From: Eledone cirrhosa
Lineage: Eukaryota
Assembly (NCBI GenBank): GCA_964016885.1
Contig: OZ024752.1
Location: 29,822,001-29,886,000, forward strand
Reading direction: 5' to 3'
DNA length: 64,000 nucleotides
The translations under genes were made by a program, and so were the position numbers. This document shows positions 12,123 to 23,400 of the stretch, in pieces. The notes under the pieces are model-generated. The model saw only the letters and a program-made list of their open reading frames with translations. It did no database searches and was not told where the DNA came from. The number at the start of each line of letters is the position of its first letter. Position 1 is the stretch's first letter.

Positions 12123-12576
12123 CCAAATACCAAACCATTTAGGAATGTTTAGAATCATTAATATGCAACAAAATTTTAAACAATTAACAATAATAAGAGA
12201 ATGGGTTTAACAGATTTGTTATCTGTGACATACTTAAGTGATTTCCAATATATTATTCAGTAGAAATTTCCATTTAACTACTTAATTACAGTTTCCAAAG
12301 ATATTATAACAGAATTGCAGCAAGTCAAGCAAATCAGTTGAAAAGTTGACATTTGTAACACTTGCCAAAATCACTTACTATTCAATAATCTACTCTCTCT
12401 CTCTCTGGCACCTATAGACTATGTGAAAGTTCTTTCCAGTATTATAAACAGCAGTCAGTACTACTAACAAATCATTTGTTAGTAGTACTGACTGGAGATG
12501 GTGGTGTTAAACGAAAATTCTTTCACTAGCCTTTAATAAGAAGTGGAATATCAGGTTAGAATATAATCTCCTTAGT

Positions 12577-12680
12577 GAAGGCACGTGGCTTAGTAGTTAG
12601 ATAATTGGATTCATAATTGTGAGGTTGCAAGCTTGTTCCTGGACTTTAAGCAACACACTTTATTTCACATTGCTCTTTCT
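12577..12680 (+). mobile_element. Degenerate SINE head with CORE-like segment
   Basis: GAAGGCACGTGGCTTAGTAGTTAG...AAGCAACACACTTTATTTCACATTGCTC parallels 19027-19145. Confidence 0.65.
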
Positions 12681-12804
12681 GCCAGGAGTTGTGACCAGTA
12701 GATGGTATCATCAATGGAAAGATCAATAGAAACAAGGTCTAAACCCAATCCTGACTTCAATGTAATATATAATATTACTAGCTCATATAAATGGATAGAA
12801 TAAT

Positions 12805-12991
12805 TGTTTCTACTTTTGGCACAAGGCCAGCAATTACCCAGTACATTACTGGTACTTTATTTTATCGACCCCTTAAGGATGAAAGGCAAAGTTAACCTCG
12901 GCGGGATTTGAACTCAGTATGGCAAGGGCCGTAACTCTATGCGTCAAAGCATGGCGTCCGACCCTCTACCGATACTGCCAATCCACCGCCC
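12805..12991 (-). mobile_element. Full-length SINE family A with 19-bp TSD
   Basis: TATAAATGGATAGAATAAT at 12786-12804 and 12992-13010. Confidence 0.95.
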
Positions 12992-13531
12992 TATAAATGG
13001 ATAGAATAATGATATTCTTTCATGCGCCATACAAAAAGGATTCTTAACAAACTATTTTCAATTTCTTTATGACACACAAAGTATCATTCTTAAGCTGGGT
13101 GGTGGTTGTATAAGACCCAAATACCAAAGCTCTAGTAATCCAGCACCTAACCACTGGTGGGCTAATAATGTATTTCCAAAATATGATTCAGAAATAAATC
13201 ATGAATATGTTTTAAAATATATCAAACTGGAATTTAAAAAAAAATAAAATAAAAATATAATTTTTTAAAAATAAGATAAACAATTTTTTCCTATTAAAAT
13301 TTGATATTTTTTTTTTTATCAAATATCACATAAAATAGAAAAGGTGTTCAGTATTCCAATATTTTTTCATCATTAAAAAAACAATCAGTGTTAGACTGTA
13401 TTTCAAAGGATTTAGTGATATCTTTGTAAAAGCTTGCTAAGCTCTACTAATGGAGATGATGGAAGTTAAAAGTAGTAAGATCAGAAAGTTCAAATTTTCA
13501 AGAAAATCAATACAACCAATTAAGAAATAAT

Positions 13532-13748
13532 GATTTCTGATATAGGCACAAGGCCAGCTATTTGGGGAGAGGGGAAAGTCGATTAAATTGACCCCAGTGT
13601 ATGACTGGTACTTTATTCTATCAACCCCATAAGGATGAAAGGCAAAGCTAACCTCAGCGGGATTTGAACTCAGAATGGAAAGGGCTGTAACTCTATGCCA
13701 CAAAGCATATTGTCCAACATATTGTCCAACTGCTAATCCACCACCCTT
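13532..13748 (-). mobile_element. SINE family A, longer subfamily, with 17-bp TSD
   Basis: ACCAATTAAGAAATAAT at 13515-13531 and 13749-13765. It carries an extra GGGGAGAGGGGAAAGTCGATTAAATTGACCCC segment. Confidence 0.9.
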
Positions 13749-13869
13749 ACCAATTAAGAAATAATACAACAAAAATAATTTTTAACGAAGAGAGAACAAA
13801 AACAGAATCAGCTACTGTTTATTGTTGTTGTTATTATTATGTTCGTTTGTTGATCATTCCAATAAAAGC

Positions 13870-14548
13870 TACCAGGGTGTTTTGCCAGTTTCAGATAAAC
13901 TCTACAGGCATGAAAGCTCCATCAGCCAGGCCTCTTTTAGATGTGTGCAAAGGTGATGAAAACGTCCAGCACGCACTCATCTTGAGTATTGTCTGTGTAT
14001 TGCTGACTTGTGGGTTTATGTTGAACACCTGTTGTCATGTGTGCAATGGATCTATCAGCTGAATCCATTGTGAAAATTGCCTTGCTGCCTTCCTTTAGCT
14101 GGGAAGAACAGGCAGTTTTTATCTGCCTGGTAACCATGGCAAAAAAAGTTGTGTGGTGGACACATCTGAAAGGGTTGAAAACAAGCACTTTCCTCTTCAG
14201 CGAAGCTCTGATTAACTTTTTCAGGTTTCATTTGAAGAGGAAAACCATGAAAATCATGGTGGTGATGGAAGTGCTCCCTTCCAAGCCTGCTCTGAGTGTG
14301 CACCTGTAGACTGAAAGGGGACAGCTGGTAGTCAGGATGACTATAGCTCTTTCTGAGCTTTCTCCATGAGTGACGATTGGAAGTCACCCTCCTATTGGGG
14401 AATTTGTTTTTGTTGGAATTTTTACATTTGTTGTTTTTGTTAAACCTTTTTTTACTCAAAAAACCCCCACATCATACTGTCCCATCTTTAATGTTTTCTT
14501 AATGTGAGCCATGTGTGGCTAATACAGAAATTATCATTATTATTATTA
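13870..14548 (+). mobile_element. 5'-truncated L1/Tx1-like LINE 3' end (zinc-finger C-terminus, 3' UTR, ATT tail)
   Basis: Frameshifted peptide YQGVLPVSDKLYRH...RC...GDENVQHALI...DLWVYVEHLL/LSAESIVKIA...WWT.LKG resembles the zf-RVT/CCHC region of L1/Tx1 ORF2. It ends in GTGTGGCTAATACAGAAATTATCATTATTATT. Confidence 0.7.
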
Positions 14549-15205
14549 GTATTAGCAGCAGTAGCAGTAATAACAAGATTGTGAGATATCTCTTCAAAGA
14601 CTTATGTTAAGATATTCAAGTGGTTGCATTAAATAGTAATAATAATATATTAATGAAGACCTAATCATTTGTAAATAATATATGGAAATTTGATTTAAGT
14701 CCCGTGTTTAATTCACCAAATTGAAGATGGCTTTTTTTTCCATTCCTTGTATAACTAATTTTTTTTTTTCAGCTAATTTACTGAGTCGCTGTCTTTGATA
14801 AAATATCTAACAGACACTACAGTTGTTTTTATATAATTTGTTCCATGGTGCAGAATTAAACTCATAAATGGAAGCAATTCCAGCCATAAAAGTATAAACA
14901 ACAAAATACAAAGACAATTATGATTGTAACTTAAAAAAGATTCTGCAAAAGCTAATGATATTCTTATGTCAGAGGAATTTATGAAAGTATAGCCAGTGTA
15001 ATAAAATTGATGGCTCAGCTGTCTGGTCATTGTTTGAGATGGATTACACAATAAATTTCTTCCTATATAACACAGAGTAATTCAACAAAGATGAAAGAGA
15101 TTTTAGCAATATAATGAAGAGTTAGTGAGCATCACTTGAGGATTAGGAAAGAACACGTTTTTCATAGTTTTACACTTAAGTGTCATCATTATTTCTGTTG
15201 AAGTA

Positions 15206-15393
15206 GGAGGGCGGTGGATTGGCAGTATCGGTAGAGGGTCGGACGCCATGATTTACAGCATAGTTACGTCCCTTTACGATCTGAGTTCAAATCCCGCCGA
15301 GGTTGACTTTGCCTTTCATCCTTACGGGGTCGATAAAATAAAGTACCAGTAATGCACTGGGTAATTGCTGGCCTTGTGCCTAACGTAGAAACA
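15206..15393 (+). mobile_element. Full-length SINE family A with 18-bp TSD
   Basis: ATTATTTCTGTTGAAGTA at 15188-15205 and 15394-15411. Confidence 0.95.
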
Positions 15394-15406
15394 ATTATTT
15401 CTGTTG

Positions 15407-15490
15407 AAGTACTAGTAATACACTGGGATCGATTAAATCAACTTTACCCTCCCCCCAAATTGTTGGCCTTGTGCCTAAATCAGAAACCAT
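15407..15490 (+). mobile_element. 3' fragment of the longer family-A subfamily
   Basis: AAGTACTAGTAATACACTGGGATCGATTAAATCAAC...TGGCCTTGTGCCTAAATCAGAAAC. Confidence 0.7.
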
Positions 15491-15532
15491 CATATCTGTT
15501 GACTAGGCATGAAACCATTTTTGTAAGAGAAG

Positions 15533-15623
15533 TGAGATTTGAACTCAGAACATAAAGGGCCTTAACTCTATGCCATGAAGCAGGGTGTCTGACACTCTAC
15601 CAATACTTGCCAATCCACCACCC
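15533..15623 (-). mobile_element. SINE family A head fragment
   Basis: GATTTGAACTCAGAAC...TGCCAATCCACCACCC. Confidence 0.8.
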
Positions 15624-15640
15624 TTATATTTATAATAATA

Positions 15641-15832
15641 ATAATTGTTTCTACTTTTGGCACAAGGCCAGCAATTACCCCGTACATTACTGGTACTTTA
15701 TTTTATCAACCCCATAAGGATGAAAGGCAAAGTTAACCTTGGCAGGATTTGAACTCAGACTGTAAAGGACCATAACTCTATACTCCAAAGCATGGTGTCC
15801 GACTCTCTACCGATACTGCAAATCCACCGCCC
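15641..15832 (-). mobile_element. Full-length SINE family A
   Basis: Aligns end to end with the other family-A copies; (AAT)n tail on the left. Confidence 0.9.
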
Positions 15833-15847
15833 TCCAATTGATAATAA

Positions 15848-16034
15848 TAATTATTTCTACTTTTGGCACAAGGCCAGCAATTACCCAGTGCATTACTGGT
15901 ACTTTATTTTATCGACCCCGTAGGGATGAAAGGCAAAGTTAACCTTGGCGAGATTTGAACTCAGAATGGCAAGGGCCGTAACTCTATGCGTCAAAGCATG
16001 GCGTCCGACCCTCTACCGATACTGCCAATCCACC
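15848..16034 (-). mobile_element. Near full-length SINE family A
   Basis: Almost identical to 12805-12991 and flanked by (AAT)n. Confidence 0.9.
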
Positions 16035-16114
16035 AATAATAATAATAAATAATTTAACAATTACAATCTTAGCTAAAGTTTCTATTATACATTTACAGTA
16101 CTTTATATTTTATA

Positions 16115-16941
16115 CTTGTGTTATAAATACATGGGCTACATTTAAAGTACATGGTTCTTGTGTTATAAATATATGGGCTACATTTAAAGTACATGATTCT
16201 TGTGTTATAAATATATGGGTTACATTTAAAGTACATGGTTCTTGTGTTATAAATATATGGGTTACATTTAAAGTACATGGTTCTTGTGTTATAAATACAT
16301 GGGCTACATTTAAAGTACATGGTTCTTGTGTTATAAATATATGGGCTACATTTAAAGTACATGATTCTTGTGTTATAAATATATGGGTTACATTTAAAGT
16401 ACATGGTTCTTGTGTTATAAATATATGGGCTACATTTAAAGTACATGATTCTTGTGTTATAAATATATGGGCTACATTTAAAGTACATGGTTCTTGTGTT
16501 ATAAATATATGGGTTACATTTAAAGTACATGGTTCTTGTGTTATAAATACATGGGCTACATTTAAAGTACATGATTCTTGTGTTATAAATATATGGGCTA
16601 CATTTAAAGTACATGATTCTTGTGTTATAAATATATGGGCTACATTTAAAGTACATGATTCTTGTGTTATAAATATATGGGCTACATTTAAAGTACATGA
16701 TTCTTGTGTTATAAATATATGGGCTACATTTAAAGTACATGATTCTTGTGTTATAAATATATGGGCTACATTTAAAGTACATGATTCTTGTGTTATAAAT
16801 ATATGGGTTACATTTAAAGTACATGATTCTTGTGTTATAAATATATGGGTTACATTTAAAGTACATGATTCTTGTGTTATAAATATATGGGTTACATTTA
16901 AAGTACATGATTCTTGTGTTATAAATATATGGGCTACATTT
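16115..16941. repeat. 42-bp minisatellite, ~20 copies (GTGTTATAAATATATGGGCTACATTTAAAGTACATGATTCTT)
   Basis: Exact 42-bp period with three dimorphic sites; gives the 14-aa repeat ORF 16093..16908. Confidence 0.97.
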
Positions 16942-17761
16942 TCAATTATTAGAATTTTGAAAATTTCCCAAAGTAACCTCAGAGATTATTATAATCCTAT
17001 TCTTCATATTAATTCATAAAAAGTTTCATGCCAGCAGATCTGGTGATTATAAATAATACAAAGATGGAAGAAATTTATTAATATTTTATTTCGTTTTGCA
17101 TCATTTATTTTGAGACCCTGCCAATTATACATGTCTCAGTTTGTCATTCATTTCGATTGAAGCTGTTATTTTGAAAACAACAATAACCAACAATAGTTTG
17201 AAGGAAAGACAAAAGAAACACTATTTTTTTCAACTAAATTTTCCTCTAAATTCACATTATCTGACTTTAATAATTAAAGGTGTTTTTGTTTTTCATGTCC
17301 AATACAATGTTTAAAACAATTGCCTGGAGTTTATTAATTTTTATCTGTATGTTCTAATGAAGATTTTTTAATGTGATGTTATTACATTATATTTTTTTCA
17401 TGATAACAAGGTTTTAGACAATTATTCAAAGGAAGTAAGAAACTTTCAGGAGAGCTGGATAGTAGGACTACAGAGAAGAAACCCCCACAACAAGGAAGAG
17501 TTTCACCCCCTTAACTTCTCAAATATACACATTTGTATAAATTTTAAATTTGAAAAAATGGTAATTGACTCTTGTTTGTAGCATGTAATGTATGTTAAGT
17601 AGTTGTTGGTTGCATATATTTCAGATGATAAGCCTAACTCACTGCTGTCTTTATTTGCTTTTAGTACAGTTCATTTGCTTGTAAGGATTTGGATCCTCCT
17701 ATAAAGTTTTTCACAGAAATGTTTAAACTGAATACAAACCACATGAATTTCAACTTTCTGG

Positions 17762-18930
17762 GAGGGCCTGCATTTAATGGTCATGAATATTGGTTCTCCT
17801 GTGAGGGTCTGCAAGAGCCTTCTCTTAATGGACATGAATATTAGTTCTCCTGTGAGGGACGGTGAGGGCTTGCACTTAATGGTCATGGATACTGGTCCTC
17901 CTATGAGGGCCTGCACTTAATGGTCATAAGTACTGGTCCTCCTGAAAGGGCCTGCACTTAATGGTCATGAGTACAGGTCCTCCTGAAAGGGCCTGCACTT
18001 AATGGACATGAATACTGGTCCTCCTGTGAGGGCCTGCACTTAATGGTCATGAGTACAGGTCCCCCTGCGAGGGCCTGCACTTAATGGTCATGGATACTGG
18101 TCCTCCTGTGAGGGCCTGCACTTAATGGTCATGAGTACAGGTCCCCCTGTGAGGGCCTGCACTTAATGGTCATGGATACTGGTCCTCCTGTGAGGGCCTG
18201 CACTTAATGGTCATGAGTACTGGTGCTCCTGTGAGGGCCTGCACTTAATGGTCATGGATACTGGTCCTCCTGTGAGGGCCTGCACTTAATGGTCATGAGT
18301 ACTGGTGCTCCTGTGAGGGCCTGCACTTAATGGTCATGAGTACTGGTCCTCCTGTGAGGGCCTGCACTTAATGGTCATGAGTACTGGTGCTCCTGTGAGG
18401 GCCTGCACTTAATGGTCATGAGTACTGGTGCTCCTGTGAGGGCCTGCACTTAATGGTCATGAGTACTGGTGCTCCTGTGAGGGCCTGCACTTAATGGTCA
18501 TGGATACTGGTCCTCCTGTGAGGGCCTGCACTTAATGGTCATGAGTACTGGTGCTCCTGTGAGGGCCTGCACTTAATGGTCATGAGTACTGGTCCTCCTG
18601 TGAGGGCCTGCACTTAATGGTCATGGATACTGGTCCTCCTGTGAGGGCCTGCACTTAATGGTCATGAGTACTGGTCCTCCTGTGAGGGCCTGCACTTAAT
18701 GGTCATGAGTACTGGTCCTCCTGTGAGGGCCTGCACTTAATGGTCATGAGTACTGGTCCTCCTGTGAGGGCCTGCACTTAATGGTCATGGATACTGGTGC
18801 TCCTGTGAGGGCCTGCACTTAATGGTCATGAGTACTGGTCCTCCTGTGAGGGCCTGCACTTAATGGTCATGAGTACTGGTCCTTCTTAGAGGGATTGCAG
18901 TTAAGGGTCATAAGTATTGTTCCTCCTGTC
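17762..18930. repeat. 41-bp minisatellite, ~28 copies (GAGGGCCTGCACTTAATGGTCATGAGTACTGGTCCTCCTGT)
   Basis: 41-bp period (e.g. 18602 and 18643); homogeneous centre with diverged edge units. Confidence 0.97.
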
Positions 18931-19026
18931 CCTTTCTTAAAATTATTAAAATGAAAATCAAGGCCAAGGAAGCTTAACAAGCTTGACTGCATATTGCTAT
19001 GCCTGTTCAGATTTTTTTTATGAAAT

Positions 19027-19373
19027 GGAGGCACATGGCTTAGTGCTTAGAGCATTGGCCTTGCAATCGAAAGGTTGTGAGTTCAATTCTCAGACCGGGT
19101 GATGTGTTGTTTCCTTGAGCAAGACATTTTATTTCACATTGCTCCAGTTTACTCAGCTGTAGAAATGAGATGATAGGACTGGGGTCCCTATCATTCCACT
19201 GTAAAGTGGTCGTGGAGGTGCCACAGCAAAAAAAAAGCACCCAGCACTCACTGTAAATGAGGTTGGTGTTAGGAAGGGCATCCAGCTGTAGAAATCAAGC
19301 CAGAATCAGTTCCCGTCCCACCCTTGCAAGCAGGGAAAAGCGGAGGTAAAATGATGATGATCATGATGATGAT
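19027..19373 (+). mobile_element. Composite SINE: tRNA head, CORE-like segment, RTE-type body and 3' tail with (ATG)n
   Basis: A-box TGGCTTAGTGCTTAG, B-box GAGTTCAATTC, CORE-like TCCTTGAGCAAGACATTTTATTTCAC, AGGAAGGGCATCCAGCTGTAGAAA, and tail GCAAGCAGGGAAAAGCGGAGGTAAAATGATGATG. Confidence 0.85.
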
Positions 19374-19487
19374 ACTAGGGACTACCAAGCTGGAGCCAGC
19401 TCAACCTATCCCAGGTGAACACTGATAAAAACACAAGTAAATACATACATCAATAATTTAATATTCTAATTTCCCACAGCACCTGAT

Positions 19488-19592
19488 TGCTTAGTTTCGC
19501 AATAGTATTCTATTGGTCATTACCTAAGATTCATGACCATAGGTACGGGTTGACATGAATACCGCATTGAAGATAGCAAGTTTGACTTTTAT
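19488..19592 (-). mobile_element. RTE (Expander/Rex3-like) LINE ORF fragment
   Basis: Translates IKVKLAIFNAVFMSTRTYGHES*VMTNRILLR, matching the K.KL.I..SI..PTLTYGHE.WVMT.R motif found downstream of RTE reverse transcriptases. Confidence 0.7.
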
Positions 19593-19794
19593 ACCTACCT
19601 CCTCCCTTCTCATTATTATTAAATATAGAATACAATAATTTCTACATCATTAGCATCCCAGATTATTAAGTAAAGGAAATGATTATAAGTAGGATTTAGC
19701 AAACATAGCACAAACACCAACATCTGCTTGTTTGTTTGTTTCTAAGCTTTTTCTTCTATTTATCTGACAACGTTGCTGATTATGATTAATGACA

Positions 19795-20262
19795 AACTAC
19801 TATAACCATCACCACTGCCACTTCCACCACCATCACTGCCATCACCATCACAATCACCACCACCACTACCACCACTACCACCATCACCACCATCACCACC
19901 ATAACCACCAACAACACCCTTACCAACACCCTTACCACCAACACCACTAACACCACCACCACTACCACCACCACCATCATCATCATAACCACCAACAACA
20001 CCCTTACCAACACCACCAACACCACCACCACCAACACCACCAACACCACTAACACCGCCACCACTACCACCACTACCACCATCACCACCATCACCACCAT
20101 AACCCCCTTACCAACATCACCACCACCACCAACACCACCACCACTACCACCACCACCATCATCATCATAACCCCCAACAACACCCCTGCCACCATAACCA
20201 ACACCACTAACACCCTTCTTCCTTCTCCATTACCACTACCCCACCACCACCACCACCACCAT
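19795..20262. repeat. Compound (ACC/ACT/ATC/AAC)n trinucleotide repeat with internal block duplication
   Basis: Directly visible; gives poly-Val ORFs. Confidence 0.9.
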
Positions 20263-20336
20263 CCATATGATGACCTGTTCAAGTTGAAACTAACTTGTCT
20301 AACTTATGTCAGCAAGAATAAACATATGTTGGAAAA

Positions 20337-20414
20337 ATGATGATGATGATGATGATGATGACAATGATGATGATGATGACAATGATGATGACGATGATGA
20401 TGACGATGATAATG
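20337..20414. repeat. (ATG)n microsatellite
   Basis: Directly visible. Confidence 0.9.
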
Positions 20415-20427
20415 AGTGAAGCAGAAT

Positions 20428-20526
20428 AACGTGAAATAAAGTGTCTTGCTGAAGGACCCAACACATCACCTGGTCCAGGAATTGAACTCACAACCTGACG
20501 ATTGTAATCCCAACACTCTGACCACA
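20428..20526 (-). mobile_element. SINE head plus CORE-like fragment
   Basis: Reverse complement parallels 19040-19140 (GTGAAATAAAGTGTCTTGC...GGAATTGAACTCACAACC). Confidence 0.75.
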
Positions 20527-20549
20527 ACAGTTGAGTAAATAACCCTCCA

Positions 20550-20785
20550 GCCATTCACTGATACTTCATTTTATTGACCCTGGAAGGATGAAAGGCAAAG
20601 TTGACCTGAGTGGGATTTGAACTCAGAACATAAAGAATTGAAAGATGTACGATAAGACAATTTGTCCAACACTTTAACATGGCTTCTAATTCACCAGAGT
20701 TGTATTGATTTCTAATTAAGGCACAAAGCCAGCAAATTTTCAGGAAAGAGCAAAGTTAATTAAATCAACCCCAGTACATGACTAA
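20550..20785 (-). mobile_element. Two older family-A SINE remnants in tandem
   Basis: TTTTATTGACCCTGGAAGGATGAAAGGCAAAGTTGACC...TTTGAACTCAG, followed by a tail fragment AGGCACAAAGCCAGCAAA...TCAACCCCAGTAC. Confidence 0.7.
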
Positions 20786-20806
20786 GTCTAAAGTCTGTCA
20801 AACCAT

Positions 20807-21080
20807 TTAAGGCTCGTTAGGCTGGTAATTATCCTCGGTTTCATGGTGTGAAGTGACTGAGAGTACAAGACTCTCCCTGTACAGGATGCCAGTCCATCGC
20901 AGGATTAACTCCCCCCCCCCCCACCTGCTATTGCTGGTACTCATTTTCAGCTGAGTATATTGGAGCAACATGAAATGAAGTGTTTTGTTCAAGAACACAA
21001 CACACAACCCAACACAGGAATCGAACCCATGACATTATGATCATAAGTCCAACACCCTTTGCACTAGGCCATGCATCTCC
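20807..21080 (-). mobile_element. Full-length SINE family B: tRNA head, CORE-like segment, V-domain-like segment
   Basis: Reverse complement: GGAGATGCATGGCCTAGTG (A-box), GGTTCGATTCC (B-box), GTGTTCTTGAACAAAACACTTCATTTCATG, then CCTGCGATGGACTGGCATCCTGTACAGGG. Confidence 0.85.
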
Positions 21081-22734
21081 ACATAACTGTTACTTTATTT
21101 TATCAGCAAAAGCAAAATTGACCTTGACGGGATGCACATTAATAAGAGATTGAAAATGCTACCTAAACATAGTAGCATGTTTACCATTCCACAAGACCAC
21201 TGACACAACAACCTTGCGGAGTATATATTAAAAGGTATTTCTGTTTTGCATAGCTTCAAAGAACAGGTGTAAAGCAAAAGATTCAAGCCTTGGCTTCAAT
21301 GGATATAGTGACTATGATGTAATTTGTAGTTTTAGTGTAACTATATCACACTGTAATAGATATAGAATATGTAGGTACTAGATAAAGACATGAAAACTTA
21401 TAGGATGTAGAAATAATAGAAATATTATTTTAGTGCCTTTAGAAAGCATAAGTGGCATCTAACTGCTAGTCACAGATGTTCGGCATATGATACTAGCTTT
21501 TGGTAGGAAGTTGTATATAATTCGATAAATGTATGGATAAGGTGTCAAAGCAAGATCAATGACTTAGAAATAAGCTATAGATAATAATCTCTGTTATACA
21601 CATCTTTTGAAAAAAAAAAAAATGATGAAAGAAAGAAGCAATAAATAAACAAATAATTTTATCTTATAATTATGCTGTATTTCTGGGGAAAAACATCATT
21701 TTTACATGTTGTTTTCCTTAATTAAAATTTGTGTTAAAAAAATTTTTTTTTTAATGTAAAACCAGCCTCTAATGGGTATTATTAAAGTTGATCAATAAAA
21801 TGAAGAAACATGTTTAATGATTTCTGAGCCGAACAGAAAATTATTTCTTGTTATTGCTGTTGGACTTTGTTAGAAGAAAAACGTTTCATCTTGTAGTCTC
21901 TGGCATATTCCAGTATAATTTACTGCCCTTGAAAGTTACCATTATTAATGGCCATTAAATAAACTCAGCAGGTTGTTTTCATTCGATAGAATCATAGCTT
22001 CTCTGATTCAGAACATTTTTTTGAAAAAAAAAAAAAAAAAAAAAAAATGTTTTATGTAAAACAAAAAACAAACACCCCCCATTAAAAAAAACAAGCAAAT
22101 ATTGATTATTATTACATTAGATATATTTCTAATGAAAAGTTTATATTTTGAAAATAGTATTAACTATTATCTGGGATAGTCTTATATATACAGACACCCA
22201 AAGTAACATGTAGGGTGCACAAACAAAGGAAACTCTATAGACACCGAGAGAATTAGCTAGAAAAACATATTTACTTATCTAATATCAACACAGTTGTTAT
22301 TAACAGAAACAGTTTGTACTCGTTGACAAGGATACCCTGCTATCACTATAATTTCTTAATATGTAACGGAAATTTTTAAATATAACAAAAAACAACTCTA
22401 CCTGCGGTGGATGTTTTTGCGTGCAAGCATATATGCTTGTATTAAATTATGTATCTCTAAGTATATGCATAAATATGTGTATATGCATGTGTGTATGTGC
22501 ATGTGCACATGCATGTACATGTACAGCTCTGTGTGTTTGTGTCTATATACATATGTCTTAAATAAACAGACTGTGACTATACAGTACATTTATCCCTGTT
22601 AAGTTCTTCTCACATATTTCGAGAATCTTTTCAATTCTCTCCTCAGCTGATCATTTTTCTTCTCATAGACTGTTTTCTTCAGAAGATTTGTTTCCCACAT
22701 GATTTGGTGATATTTGTTTTATTTAACGTCTATG

Positions 22735-23058
22735 GCTTCTACAGACATGTAGTAATAACATATAGCTTCTAAAGACATGTAGTAATAACCAATGGCATTT
22801 ACAGATATGTAGTAATAACATGTGGCTTCTACAGCCATGTAGTAATGACATATAGCTTCTAAAGACATGTACTAATAACCAATGGCATTTACAGACATGT
22901 AGTAACATGTGATTTCTACAGCCATGTAGTAATAACATGGGTTCTACAGTCATGTAGTAATAACATGTGGGTTCTACAGTCAAGTAGTAATATCATGTGG
23001 TTTCTGAAGACATGTAGCAATAAACTGTGGGTTCCACAGACATGTAGTAATAACCAAT
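22735..23058. repeat. Degenerate 30-bp minisatellite (~11 copies) with a 90-bp trimer duplication
   Basis: Unit GCTTCTACAGACATGTAGTAATAACATGTG; the first six units read A-B-C-A-B-C. Confidence 0.85.
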
Positions 23059-23174
23059 CAAATACTATATCTTTGGTAAAACTCTAGAAGAGAGGAACTG
23101 GATATTACAATTCCCATCAAAGCTATTTACTTATTGAGAATACCTTAAGACATTTATTTTTCGGGGCTTTAAGC

Positions 23175-23400
23175 TGGAACAACCAGCTGGCAGGAGACCC
23201 AGGGGTAGACCTTGAGCAAGATGGTTGGATAACATCCACGAGTTCAGCTAGTCTCGCATGGAAATGGTTGCTTCTGATAGAACCCACTGGAAGGAGTGTT
23301 TGTGGACTTGGCTTCCCCCAAGACCTTCCCAGGAATAAATGGAAGAAAAAGAAGGAGGGGGAGGAGGATGAAGGAGGAAGAAGAAGAAGGAGACAAGAAG
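23175..23400 (+). mobile_element. RTE LINE 3' end with GA-rich tail
   Basis: Frame from 23189 reads GRRPRGRP*ARWLDNIHEFS*SRMEMVASDRTHWKECLWTWLPPRPSQE*, the typical RTE/Expander C-terminus, followed by (GAA/GGA)n. Confidence 0.85.

Noticed and set aside
15206-15300. SINE heads as genuine tRNA genes
   Set aside because: They have A and B boxes but no intact cloverleaf, and they continue into SINE body, tail and TSD.
16093-16908. 271-aa ORF of 14-aa repeats (MYFKCSPYIYNTRI)
   Set aside because: This is an automatic result of a stop-free 42-bp unit. It has no unique domain or evident splice context, and the variant sites change amino acids.
19786-20554. Poly-Val and poly-Ile membrane-like ORFs
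   Set aside because: These are translations of (ACC)n and (ATG)n repeats plus SINE sequence.
22611-22700. Minus-strand MWETNLLKKTVYEKKNDQLRRELKRFSKY followed by gtgaga as a possible upstream exon
   Set aside because: The phase would fit, but there is no recognisable homology, promoter evidence or good acceptor. It cannot be supported without transcript data.
550-23097. 16-bp exact match CTCTAGAAGAGAGGAA at ~550 and ~23082
   Set aside because: The match does not extend on either side and is purine-rich, so it is probably coincidental.
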